Assembly (NCBI RefSeq): GCF_057098645.1
Contig: NZ_CM169472.1
Strand: one strand, 5' to 3'
DNA: 64,000 nucleotides
In this document: positions 48,197 through 64,000 of the stretch, one piece after another
How positions within the stretch are numbered: the first letter of the stretch is position 1
Layout: each line of letters opens with the position of its first letter
The notes under the pieces: model-generated
Told to the model about the DNA's origin: nothing
Databases searched by the model: none
Seen by the model: the letters and a program-made list of their open reading frames with translations, nothing else
Made by a program: the position numbers and the translations under genes

Positions 48197-50568
48197 TTCA
48201 GTTCAGCCAGGCTTAACCAGGTTTGCACCACGGTGTCCGGATTCAGAGACAGGCTATCGATCCCCTCTTCCATCAACCATGCGGCAAAGTCTTCGTGGTC
48301 GGACGGACCCTGACCGCAAATCCCGACATATTTGCCCTGTTTCTTCGCGGCACGGATAGCCATCGACAGCAGTGCTTTCACCGCATCGTTGCGCTCATCG
48401 AACAATTCAGACACCACGCCGGAGTCACGGTCCAGACCGAGCGCCAGCTGCGTCATATCGTTTGAGCCAATTGAGAAGCCGTCGAAATATTCGAGGAACT
48501 GCTCGGCCAGCAAGGCGTTGGACGGGATTTCACACATCATGATGATTTTCAGCCCGTTCTCGCCACGTTTCAGCCCCTGACGCGCCAGTTCTTCAACCAC
48601 CGCTTTCGCCTGATCTACGGTACGCACGAACGGGATCATGATCTCAACGTTGGTCAGCCCCATGTCGTTGCGCACACGTTTCACTGCTTCACACTCCAGC
48701 GCGAAACAGTCGCGGAAGCTGTCGGAAACATAGCGGCCCGCGCCACGGAAGCCGAGCATCGGGTTCTCTTCATCTGGCTCGTAACGCTCACCACCGACCA
48801 GGTTGGCATATTCGTTCGATTTAAAATCAGAGAGACGGACAATGACGCGCTTCGGATAAAACGCGGCACCCAGCGTCGCGATCCCTTCAGTCAGACGACC
48901 AACGTAAAATTCACGCGGAGAATCAAAACCTTTCATCATCTCGCGGATTTCGTTTTGCAACTGCGGTTCCTGATCGTCAAACTCAAGCAGTGCGCGTGGG
49001 TGGACGCCAATCATACGGTTGATGATAAATTCCAGACGCGCAAGTCCCACGCCTTCGTTCGGCAGACAGGCGAAGTCGAAAGCTCGGTCCGGGTTACCGA
49101 CGTTCATCATCACTTTCAACGGCAGATCCGGCATCGTTTCTACGCTGGAGCTTTTCACGCTAAATTCCAGCAACTCCGCATAGACGTAACCGGTATCACC
49201 TTCGGCACAAGAAACAGTGACGTTCTCACCGTCTTTCATCCGTTCTGTTGCATCACCACAGCCCACTACCGCCGGAATGCCCAGTTCACGAGCGATGATC
49301 GCCGCGTGACAGGTACGACCGCCACGGTTGGTGACGATGGCAGATGCTTTCTTCATGATCGGTTCCCAGTCCGGGTCGGTCATGTCAGTGACCAGCACGT
49401 CACCAGGTTCGATGCGGTTCATTTCGCTGATATCATGGATGACTTTCACCGGACCCGCACCGATGCGATGACCGATAGCACGGCCTTCGGCGATAATCTT
49501 ACCCTGTGAATGCAGCGTATAACGCTCCATGACCTGACCGCGTGAGCGCACGGTTTCCGGACGCGCCTGCACAATGAACAGTTTACCGGTGTGGCCATCT
49601 TTCGCCCACTCAATATCCATCGGGCGACCGTAGTGTTTCTCAATTTGTACGGCCTGTTTTGCCAGTTCCTGCACTTCTTCGTTGGTCAGCGAGAAGATGT
49701 CACGCTGTTCCTGCGGTACGTCTTCGATTTTAACCTGCTTGCCGTGCTCCTGGGTCGGCGCGTAAACCATGCGGATTTTTTTCGACCCCATGGTGCGGCG
49801 CACGATAGCCGGGCGATTCGCCGCCAGTGTCGGTTTATGCACGTAAAACTCATCCGGGTTAACCGCACCCTGCACGACCATCTCACCAAGGCCCCATGCG
49901 GATGTGATAAACACCACCTGGTCAAAGCCGGATTCGGTATCAATGGAGAACATCACGCCAGATGATGCGAGGTCAGAGCGCACCATCCGTTGAACACCGG
50001 CGGAGAGCGCCACACCACGGTGATCGTAACCCTGGTGCACACGATAAGAGATGGCGCGATCGTTAAACAGAGAAGCAAATACATGTTTCACTGCCACGAG
50101 AACGGCGTCAAAACCCTGAACGTTGAGGAAGGTTTCCTGCTGACCGGCAAAAGAAGCGTCCGGCATATCTTCTGCGGTGGCGGAGGAGCGCACCGCAAAA
50201 GAGGCATTTTCGTCATCAGCGGAAAGCTGTGCATAGGCTTCTCGGATGGCGTTTTCCAGCTCAGGCTGGAAGGGAGTGTCGATAATCCACTGGCGGATTT
50301 GCGCGCCCGCTTTCGCAAGCTGAGTAACATCGTCAATATCCGTTTTATCCAGCAGTTCATAAATGCGCTGGTTTACGCCGCTTTGGTCCAGAAACTGGTT
50401 AAACGCGTCGGCGGTTGTGGCGAAACCATTCGGAACGGAAACACCCATTCCGGAAAGGTTAGTAATCATTTCACCCAGGGAGGCATTTTTGCCCCCAACC
50501 CTGTCTACATCATTCATGCCGAGTTGGTTATACCAAAGCACCAGCGGTGACGAGCCATTGTTGGACAT
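48190..50568 (-). CDS. ppsA: Phosphoenolpyruvate synthase
   Basis: 792-aa [37 protein letters not shown]... Confidence 0.97.
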
Positions 50569-50654
50569 CGAACAATCCTTTTGTGATAAATGAACGGTTT
50601 GAGAAACACATTTCTGCGCATTTATCTTTGCATATTTAACCGGATGAAAAAAAC

Positions 50655-50670
50655 GGTGAATCGTTCAAGC
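50655..50670. promoter_or_regulatory. Candidate Cra (FruR) activator site upstream of ppsA
   Basis: GGTGAATCGTTCAAGC resembles the Cra half-site palindrome; ppsA is a known Cra-activated gene. Confidence 0.45.
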
Positions 50671-50900
50671 AAATATATTTTTTTACTTTTTAAGACTGAT
50701 CCCAGCGTTGCGCAAATCTGCTCTCTTCGACAATTTCCACATAAACCATCGGTATAAACGAAACCATAAAAATGAAATGCTGTTTTCATAAAAAATAAAA
50801 TTGAAGGTTCATTTTATAAACCAGACATAACGTTCTACGCTTCTGTGCGTTTTTAATTTATGCTTTCATAGAATTATGTCTGCATCACGGGAAGAACAAA

Positions 50901-51734
50901 ATGGATAATGCTGTTGATCGCCACGTTTTTTATATTTCTGATGGTACGGCAATAACTGCGGAGGTATTAGGACACGCAGTAATGTCACAATTTCCCGTCA
51001 CTATCAGCAGCATCACGCTGCCGTTTGTCGAAAATGAGAGCCGTGCACGGGCAGTGAAGGATCAGATTGACGCAATTTATCACCAGACAGGCGTGCGCCC
51101 GCTGGTCTTCTACTCCATCGTGTTGCCGGAGATTCGCGCCATCATCTTGCAAAGTGAAGGCTTTTGCCAGGATATCGTTCAGGCGCTGGTTGCCCCGCTA
51201 CAACAAGAGATGAAACTGGATCCAACGCCGATTGCTCATCGTACCCATGGCCTTAACCCTAATAATCTCAATAAATATGATGCGCGCATTGCGGCGATTG
51301 ATTACACCCTCGCCCACGATGACGGCATTTCGTTGCGCAATCTGGATCAGGCTCAGGTGATCCTGCTCGGTGTTTCTCGCTGTGGTAAAACCCCCACCAG
51401 TCTGTATCTGGCAATGCAATTTGGTATCCGCGCGGCAAACTACCCCTTTATTGCCGACGATATGGATAATCTGGTGCTACCCGCGTCGCTCAAACCGCTT
51501 CAGCATAAATTGTTCGGCCTGACTATCGACCCGGAACGTCTGGCGGCGATTCGCGAGGAACGTCGGGAGAACAGTCGCTATGCCTCGCTTCGTCAGTGCA
51601 GGATGGAAGTCGCGGAAGTGGAAGCCTTGTACCGTAAAAATCAGATCCCGTGGATTAACAGTACCAATTATTCGGTAGAAGAGATTGCCACCAAGATCCT
51701 CGATATCATGGGCCTTAGTCGCCGAATGTACTAG
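50901..51734 (+). CDS. ppsR: PEP synthase regulatory protein PpsR (bifunctional kinase/pyrophosphorylase)
   Basis: 277-aa ORF with P-loop GVSRCGKT. Confidence 0.95.
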
Positions 51735-51746
51735 AGAACTAGTGCA
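51727..51746. promoter_or_regulatory. TrpR operator at the aroH promoter
   Basis: TGTACTAGAGAACTAGTGCA matches the GTACTAG...AACTAGT Trp operator palindrome; aroH is a known TrpR target. Confidence 0.55.
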
Positions 51747-51890
51747 TTAGCTTATTTTTTTGTTATCATGCTAACCACCCGGCGAGGTGTGACACACCTC
51801 GCACTTGAAATCAGCAGCGATTGGTTTATCGTGATGCGCATCACTTCCCGGCAGTCCTGCCGTAGAAGCAACAAATTTCTGAGACTTGTA

Positions 51891-52937
51891 ATGAACAGAA
51901 CTGACGAACTCCGTACTGCGCGTATTGAGAGCCTGGTAACGCCCGCCGAACTCGCGCTACGGTATCCCGTAACGCCTGGCGTCGCCACCCATGTCACCGA
52001 CTCCCGCCGCAGAATTGAAAAAATACTGAATGGTGAAGATAAGCGACTGTTGGTCATTATTGGCCCCTGCTCGATCCACGATCTCACCGCTGCAATGGAG
52101 TACGCCACCCGTCTGCAGTCGCTGCGCAACCAGTACCAGTCACGGCTGGAAATCGTAATGCGCACCTATTTTGAAAAACCACGAACTGTTGTCGGCTGGA
52201 AAGGACTAATCTCCGATCCAGATTTAAACGGCAGCTATCGGGTAAATCACGGTCTGGAGCTGGCGCGCAAATTACTTTTACAGGTAAATGAGCTGGGCGT
52301 CCCAACCGCGACTGAGTTCCTCGATATGGTGACCGGTCAGTTTATTGCTGATTTAATCAGTTGGGGCGCGATTGGCGCACGTACTACCGAAAGTCAGATC
52401 CACCGTGAAATGGCTTCGGCACTCTCCTGTCCGGTAGGTTTTAAAAATGGTACCGATGGCAACACGCGGATTGCTGTGGATGCTATCCGCGCAGCCCGCG
52501 CCAGCCATATGTTCCTCTCGCCAGACAAAAATGGTCAGATGACCATCTATCAGACCAGCGGCAACCCGTATGGCCACATTATTATGCGTGGCGGCAAAAA
52601 ACCGAATTATCATGCCGATGATATCGCCGCAGCCTGCGATACACTGCACGAGTTTGATTTACCTGAACATCTGGTGGTGGATTTCAGCCACGGTAACTGC
52701 CAGAAGCAGCACCGTCGCCAGTTAGAAGTTTGTGAGGATATTTGTCAGCAAATCCGCAATGGCTCTACGGCGATTGCTGGAATTATGGCGGAAAGTTTCC
52801 TGCGCGAAGGAACGCAAAAAATCGTCGGCAGTCAGCCGCTCACTTACGGTCAATCCATTACCGACCCGTGTCTGGGCTGGGAAGATACCGAACGCCTGGT
52901 CGAAAAACTCGCCTCTGCGGTAGATACCCGCTTCTGA
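51891..52937 (+). CDS. aroH: DAHP synthase, Trp-sensitive
   Basis: 348-aa ORF from MNRTDELRTARIESLVTPAEL...; upstream in-frame extension rejected. Confidence 0.96.
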   Translation: MNRTDELRTARIESLVTPAELALRYPVTPGVATHVTDSRRRIEKILNGEDKRLLVIIGPCSIHDLTAAMEYATRLQSLRNQYQSRLEIVMRTYFEKPRTVVGWKGLISDPDLNGSYRVNHGLELARKLLLQVNELGVPTATEFLDMVTGQFIADLISWGAIGARTTESQIHREMASALSCPVGFKNGTDGNTRIAVDAIRAARASHMFLSPDKNGQMTIYQTSGNPYGHIIMRGGKKPNYHADDIAAACDTLHEFDLPEHLVVDFSHGNCQKQHRRQLEVCEDICQQIRNGSTAIAGIMAESFLREGTQKIVGSQPLTYGQSITDPCLGWEDTERLVEKLASAVDTRF

Positions 52938-53068
52938 ATGCGTGCCCATTCCTGATGGGATGGGCATTTCTGCGCAACTTGTTGTCTTCTCAACACATTA
53001 CTGCTTGCTCTGGTCAGCTATAATATTGATAATAAGAATCATTGTTATATCAATTATTATTAATTTTT

Positions 53069-53260
53069 ATGCGTTATACGGATAGCAGAAAACTCACGCC
53101 TGAAACGGATGCCAATCACAAGACCGCTTCCCCGCAGCCTATTCGGCGAATTTCCAGCCAGACACTGTTAGGTCCGGATGGCAAACTGATTATCGATCAT
53201 GACGGGCAAGAATATCTGCTCCGTAAAACTCAGGCTGGCAAGCTGCTGTTGACCAAGTAG
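53069..53260 (+). CDS. ydiE: HemP-like small protein YdiE
   Basis: 63-aa [21 protein letters not shown]... Confidence 0.8.
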
Positions 53261-53263
53261 CCT

Positions 53264-54739
<1,476 letters not shown>

Positions 54740-54762
54740 TTAAACACCAGCAAACAGGAGGG

Positions 54763-55476
54763 TTATCGCTGAACCAACGTCGTTATCTGATTTATGGGAA
54801 CGGCAGGCCACAGGCATCCCTGGAGAGCATGGAAATCGAAGTGGGTAATCTGTGCCAATATTTCTGGCGTATCAATGCCCCCCGCGATAATGCAATTGCA
54901 ACAAGGGGAAATTTGCGCCTGGATCGCACGAATAAACGGTTCGAAGGAGCGATGCGTGATTTGTTGCTGAATAAAACTTTTATCCAGCATGACGCGGGTG
55001 AAAAGACCATCAAAAACCGCTTTCATTGTGCTATTGCCTGCTCCCAAATTACCTAACACAAGGGGATACACTTGCGATAAGGATAAAAGACCGCGATTAT
55101 CTTTTCCTTCATTGAGATGCGGGTAATTCTCATTAATCAACAGTTCAATAAACGGATATTTTAATAGTTCGCCTGCGTAATTATCCCTCTCTAATAATAA
55201 TGTAGCCACTTGTGGCGTTAAATTAAGCCAGGCAAAGAGTTTATGTTGAATAAAAAAATGTTGGCATGATTTTAGTAATTCCAACTGCTCTGAAAATAAT
55301 TGCCAATGTTGCTCCTCGGTAAGTTGCGCTATAACCCGACTCGTCGGGATACGCACCGTGCCATCTTCACTGGAGAAATGGGTAATTAACTCAACGCCGA
55401 CAAGGACTTGCTGGTTATCTCTTATCGGCAGGAAATAGCAATCAGAATGATAAAGATTCTCCAAAAAAATCTTCAT
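54763..55476 (-). CDS. ydiV: Anti-FlhDC factor YdiV (degenerate EAL domain)
   Basis: 237-aa ORF MKIFLENLYHSDCYFLPIRDNQQ... Confidence 0.9.
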   Translation of the reverse strand: MKIFLENLYHSDCYFLPIRDNQQVLVGVELITHFSSEDGTVRIPTSRVIAQLTEEQHWQLFSEQLELLKSCQHFFIQHKLFAWLNLTPQVATLLLERDNYAGELLKYPFIELLINENYPHLNEGKDNRGLLSLSQVYPLVLGNLGAGNSTMKAVFDGLFTRVMLDKSFIQQQITHRSFEPFIRAIQAQISPCCNCIIAGGIDTPEILAQITHFDFHALQGCLWPAVPINQITTLVQR

Positions 55477-55722
55477 GGTAACCGTCCCTCTCGAAGGATG
55501 TTTTTCAGTATCCGGCTAAAAGGGATGAGACCATAAGACATAACAATTACAGAAGGAGTAACTTTCATTTGTTCCATGTTAACCACTTTTTCAGGGGTCC
55601 TTTTTTTAGATTATCCTGATTATAAACGAATAATCCATTTACGGAATTTTTGTCTGCAAAATACTACTGTATTCTGGAGTAAATGGACGGCGATGTATCA
55701 TCGCCGTCCAATTTTCGACATA

Positions 55723-56187
55723 CTAGATTCGTCTCGCCTGCCAGAAATTTTTCTGCCAATAGACATTATCAAGTGAGGAACGCATCACTCCCTTGCTGGT
55801 AGAGGCGTGGATAAATTGGTTGTTGGTATCGTAAATACCTACATGCAAACCATTTTGTCCGGAACCCGTTTTGAAAAAGACCAGGTCACCAGGCAGCAAC
55901 TCGTCTTTATCAATTTGCGTGCCGATAGAGGCTTGTTCTTTGGTTTCTCGGGGCAGCTGCAAATCGAAACGATCGCGCATCGTCACAACCACAAATCCCG
56001 AACAGTCCACACCGCGCCGCGTCATGCCACCATAACGATACGGCGTGCCATGCCAGCTTTGTAGCTGGTCGTTCAAACCGGCAATAACGGTAATCGAATC
56101 AGAAAGTCTGGCATTTGGCGGCGGTGCTTTATGGTGGCTACACCCGGCCAGAAACAGTGCTGTGATCAAAATAAGGCAGAAACGCAT
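55723..56187 (-). CDS. nlpC: NlpC/P60-family lipoprotein
   Basis: 154-aa ORF with lipobox LAGC and Cys/His peptidase core. Confidence 0.9.
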   Translation of the reverse strand: MRFCLILITALFLAGCSHHKAPPPNARLSDSITVIAGLNDQLQSWHGTPYRYGGMTRRGVDCSGFVVVTMRDRFDLQLPRETKEQASIGTQIDKDELLPGDLVFFKTGSGQNGLHVGIYDTNNQFIHASTSKGVMRSSLDNVYWQKNFWQARRI

Positions 56188-56264
56188 TCCGTACGGTTCC
56201 TCTGTTTTTTATTCTTGCATTAATTTAGCGTCGTAATTACCCGATTTTCAAGAGACTAATGAAA

Positions 56265-57014
56265 TCAGATGGTCGAAATCAGCATTCTGTGACCTTCGAT
56301 ATCCAGACGGCGAAAATTCATCCCATAGGCCTGCGCCAGATTTGGCGGCGTGAGCACCTCTTCTCTGCGTCCACTGGCCAGCATTTTTCCACCTTTTAGC
56401 AACCACGCCCGATGCGCATGACGCAATGTGTGGTTGAGATCGTGACTGCTCATCACAATCGCCAGTCCTTGCTGACACAGAGCGCTCAGAATTTTGTCTA
56501 ACGCACTTTGTTGCGCAACATCAAGACTGTTCATCGGCTCATCAAGAAGCAGCAATTGGCCTGCGGGATTGGCTTGTGGTGTGATTTGCAGCACCACCGC
56601 AGCAAGACGTACGCGTTGCCATTCACCGCCGGAAAGTTGATTGGTGCTACGTCCGAGTTTGTCATCAAGAGCCAGCGCCCCTGCGACATCATTCAGTAGT
56701 TCGGTACGCGTTTTATCGTGCTGATGCAGTGTCAGGTAGTGCCAGACCGGCATTGCAAACGGCGGCGTCTGCTGTTGTGAAAGATAGGCGCGATGCAACG
56801 CGAGTTTTGTTGCGGACCATGCTTCCAGTGGTTGCCCCGCGAACTGAATGCTTCCCTTACCGCTGGTCATTCCGGCCATTCGCGCCAGTAAGGTACTCTT
56901 ACCCGCGCCATTCGGCCCCACCAGGTGCAGGATCTCCCCAGCCCGAATCTCGCCAGAAAGCGGCCCCAGGCGGGTAGATTCCGCAACATCCTGTAACTGC
57001 ATCACAATAGACAT
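56265..57014 (-). CDS. btuD: Vitamin B12 ABC transporter ATPase
   Basis: 249-aa ORF with Walker [10 protein letters not shown]. Confidence 0.95.
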   Translation of the reverse strand: MSIVMQLQDVAESTRLGPLSGEIRAGEILHLVGPNGAGKSTLLARMAGMTSGKGSIQFAGQPLEAWSATKLALHRAYLSQQQTPPFAMPVWHYLTLHQHDKTRTELLNDVAGALALDDKLGRSTNQLSGGEWQRVRLAAVVLQITPQANPAGQLLLLDEPMNSLDVAQQSALDKILSALCQQGLAIVMSSHDLNHTLRHAHRAWLLKGGKMLASGRREEVLTPPNLAQAYGMNFRRLDIEGHRMLISTI

Positions 57015-57565
57015 TATTTTGCCAACGCCAGTTTAATGCTTTCCATCACAATGGGATCTTCCGGCGTCATATCCGGGGAAAAACGCTGGATGACCAATCC
57101 GTCCCTGCCAACTAAAAATTTCTCAAAATTCCATAAAATATCATCAGGGTACAGCGGTGCACGACCTTTGCTGACCATACGGGCATAGAATCCGCTCTCT
57201 TCCGGCGCGACTGCGGTCGGCGCTGCGGCAATCAATTTTTGATACAGCGGATGGCGTCCTTCGCCGTTAACTTCAATCTTACTGAACATCGGGAACGTCA
57301 CCCCCCATGTGGTGGTACAGTAAGTTTTAATCTCTTCATCGCTGCCCGGTTCTTGTTCCAGAAACTGGTTGCACGGGAATCCCAGCACCACAAAACCTCG
57401 ATCGGCCCAGGCTTTCTGAATATTCTCCAACTGCTCATATTGCGGCGTTAAGCCACACTTTGAGGAGACATTGACAATCAACAGCACATTACCGGCGTAC
57501 TTCTCCAGCGTGGTCACTTCACCGTCGATATCTTTCACTACGGTCGTCAGAATGGAATCTTGCAT
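57014..57565 (-). CDS. btuE: Thioredoxin/glutathione peroxidase BtuE
   Basis: 183-aa ORF; stop overlaps btuD start. Confidence 0.95.
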   Translation of the reverse strand: MQDSILTTVVKDIDGEVTTLEKYAGNVLLIVNVSSKCGLTPQYEQLENIQKAWADRGFVVLGFPCNQFLEQEPGSDEEIKTYCTTTWGVTFPMFSKIEVNGEGRHPLYQKLIAAAPTAVAPEESGFYARMVSKGRAPLYPDDILWNFEKFLVGRDGLVIQRFSPDMTPEDPIVMESIKLALAK

Positions 57566-57627
57566 CGTTTCTCCTGGGTGTGGTCAGTAAAAATCTTAGC
57601 TTTTAATCATAGACCGTCTTTTTGCGG

Positions 57628-58608
57628 CTAACGTCCTGCTTTTAACAATAACCAGATAAACACCGGCGCACCCAACGTTGCGGTGACCACGCCAATAGGT
57701 AGCTCTGCGGCAGCTAATGCCAGGCGCGCTACAATATCGGCCAGCAGCAATGCGCTCGCCCCTGCCAGCGCGCAGCCGGGAAGTAATACGCGATGATCGG
57801 TTAAACCACACAACCGAAGAATATGTGGGATCACCAGACCAATAAAGCCGATAGCACCCGCCAGCGCCACACTGACGCCAACCATCCAGCCGGTCGCTGC
57901 TACCAGCACATTGCGCCAGAACCACAGGGGTAAACCCAGTTGCCGCGCCGAGATCTCGCCAAGTGCTAACATATTCATCGGCCTGGACTGACAACAGATC
58001 CACAACAACACGGGGATCAATGCCAGCATCAGCCAGCTTTGCCGCCAGTCTACGCCGCCAAAACCGCCCATCATCCAGTACATCAACTGACGTAAATCAA
58101 CAGAGGTGGAAAAGTAGATAGCCCACGTCATTAGTGCGCTACAGATAATCCCTAATGCAACGCCAGCCAGCAATAACCGACTGGTCGAAAGATGACGACG
58201 GGCGAAACGTAAGAGTATTAAAGTGATGATAAGCGCGCCAGCAATCGCACACAGCCCTAGCACCCAGTTGGGGAGTTGCCCTTGCCCAAGCAATACCGCG
58301 GCGATAAGCCCCACGCCTGCGCCGTTAGAGACGCCAAGTAGTCCAGGTTCTGCCTGAGGATTTTCAAACAACGCCTGCATTACAGCGCCGGATATAGCCA
58401 GCGCCGCACCAACCAGCAATACAGCCAGCGTACGTGGCAGGCGAATTTGCCAGACGAACAGTTCGCCACGAGGAGAAAACCAGTCACCTGGCGAGATCCA
58501 TTGTTCACCGGCGCAAAGGCTTAAGAGAAGCGCCAGCAGCATCAAAACTGACAGGCATAATAACCAGCGAATATTTTGTCGCTGTTGTTGGCGGGCAAGT
58601 GTCAGCAT
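57628..58608 (-). CDS. btuC: Vitamin B12 ABC transporter permease
   Basis: 326-aa multi-TM ORF. Confidence 0.95.
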   Translation of the reverse strand: MLTLARQQQRQNIRWLLCLSVLMLLALLLSLCAGEQWISPGDWFSPRGELFVWQIRLPRTLAVLLVGAALAISGAVMQALFENPQAEPGLLGVSNGAGVGLIAAVLLGQGQLPNWVLGLCAIAGALIITLILLRFARRHLSTSRLLLAGVALGIICSALMTWAIYFSTSVDLRQLMYWMMGGFGGVDWRQSWLMLALIPVLLWICCQSRPMNMLALGEISARQLGLPLWFWRNVLVAATGWMVGVSVALAGAIGFIGLVIPHILRLCGLTDHRVLLPGCALAGASALLLADIVARLALAAAELPIGVVTATLGAPVFIWLLLKAGR

Positions 58609-58670
58609 GGTATCCGTTCTGCTGAAGTGTCATGGCGTTGATTTTACGGTGACTCTTCGACAGTGAAAAG

Positions 58671-58696
58671 AAAAAAGGCCGCAGAGCGGCCTTTTT
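58671..58696 (-). terminator. Rho-independent terminator after ihfA
   Basis: On the minus strand GGCCGC-tct-GCGGCC followed by TTTTTT. Confidence 0.7.
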
Positions 58697-58708
58697 AGTT
58701 AGATCAGA

Positions 58709-59008
58709 TTACTCGTCTTTGGGCGAAGCGTTTTCGACCCGGCTTTTTAACTTCTGCCCGGGTCTGAAGGTCACCACGCGCCGTGCTGTAATGGGAATAT
58801 CCTCGCCCGTTTTCGGGTTACGTCCCGGGCGTTGATTCTTATCACGCAGATCGAAGTTACCAAAACCAGAGAGTTTCACCTGTTCGCCGTTTTCCAGAGC
58901 GCGACGGATCTCTTCGAAAAACAGTTCAACCAGTTCTTTGGCATCCCGCTTGCTAAGCCCAAGCTTATCAAACAGATATTCTGACATTTCAGCTTTTGTA
59001 AGCGCCAT
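58709..59008 (-). CDS. ihfA: Integration host factor alpha subunit
   Basis: 99-aa [55 protein letters not shown]... Confidence 0.97.
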
Positions 59009-59012
59009 AGGT

Positions 59013-61403
<2,391 letters not shown>

Positions 61404-61414
61404 CTATTCCTGCC

Positions 61415-62440
<1,026 letters not shown>

Positions 62441-62608
62441 TTAGAGCCTATCCCATCAGGCTATTTTACTTGCCATTTTGGTCCCGGGCAGTGCTCGAAA
62501 TCCTCACGTACTTAAGTACGCTCCGGTTTCTCCGCACTGGCCGTATCCAGACTGGCTGCGACAATTACGCCTGATAGACTGGCTTTTTATTTTTCAAAAC
62601 GCGCATAC

Positions 62609-62634
62609 AAAAAAAGCCTCCACTGGGAGGCTTT
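62609..62634 (-). terminator. pheST attenuator terminator
   Basis: On the minus strand AAAGCCTCC-cagt-GGAGGCTTTTTTT directly downstream of the pheM leader peptide. Confidence 0.7.
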
Positions 62635-62680
62635 CAGGCGCTGTTTTCCGTTTCTCTTCTCACGCGCTAGCCTCCTGGAT

Positions 62681-62725
62681 TCAGGTGCTAAAGTAAAAAA
62701 AGAAGCGGAAAATAGCAGCATTCAT
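62681..62725 (-). CDS. pheM: pheST operon leader peptide ([14 protein letters not shown])
   Basis: 14-codon minus-strand ORF with five Phe codons, followed by the attenuator hairpin. Confidence 0.85.
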
Positions 62726-62811
62726 TGCTTGCGTTACCTTTTGGTACTCTTCAAAAGACCTTTATTGAAAAGGCTACGGCGATAAAAGTCAATGTTTTGA
62801 TGGCGTTGAAA

Positions 62812-62840
62812 CGAAAAGAGGGAGACTAGCTCCCTCTTTC
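62812..62840 (-). terminator. Terminator after rplT
   Basis: On the minus strand AAAGAGGGAG-ctag-TCTCCCTCTTTTCGTTTC. Confidence 0.6.
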
Positions 62841-62847
62841 AACTGGC

Positions 62848-63231
<384 letters not shown>

Positions 63232-63256
63232 TTAAAAAGTTAAAAACGTTAACGGC

Positions 63257-63478
<222 letters not shown>

Positions 63479-63550
63479 TTAATAAACGAAACAAAGGCGA
63501 ACAAAGCCTGTGAAGCCCGAAGGCTCCACAGACAGTGCTACTTGAAGGCC

Positions 63551-64000
<450 letters not shown>

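Overview
This window is a contiguous stretch of Escherichia coli core chromosome, running from the 3' part of ydhP through purR, cfa, mdtK, valV-valW, the ydhRSTUXWV cluster, pykF, lpp, the sufABCDSE operon, rprA, the ydiL-aroD-ydiF-ydiO and ydiQRST-fadK clusters, ppsA, aroH, btuCED, ihfA and pheST to the 3' part of infC. Gene identities and expected lengths come from recognising the translated ORFs against remembered K-12 proteins and gene order; no database search was run. I found no novel or undescribed multi-gene system, CRISPR array, prophage or defence island: every substantial ORF maps to a known E. coli gene. The real departures from the K-12 arrangement as I remember it are three lesions. 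(1) An intact IS1 (17233-18000) with no target-site duplication sits where ydhY and the 5' end of ydhV should be, truncating ydhV and separating the ydhVWXUT genes from a perfect FNR box that is left stranded on the far side of the element. (2) ydiO is split by an apparent 1-bp deletion. (3) The adjacent regulator ydiP is split by an apparent 1-bp deletion in an A-run. The two frameshifts are single-base homopolymer changes and could equally be sequencing errors. Supported RNA and regulatory features include two tRNA-Val genes, the RprA sRNA, a candidate RydB sRNA, the pheM leader peptide and attenuator, PUR boxes at purR, a Fur box at the suf promoter, and several rho-independent terminators.
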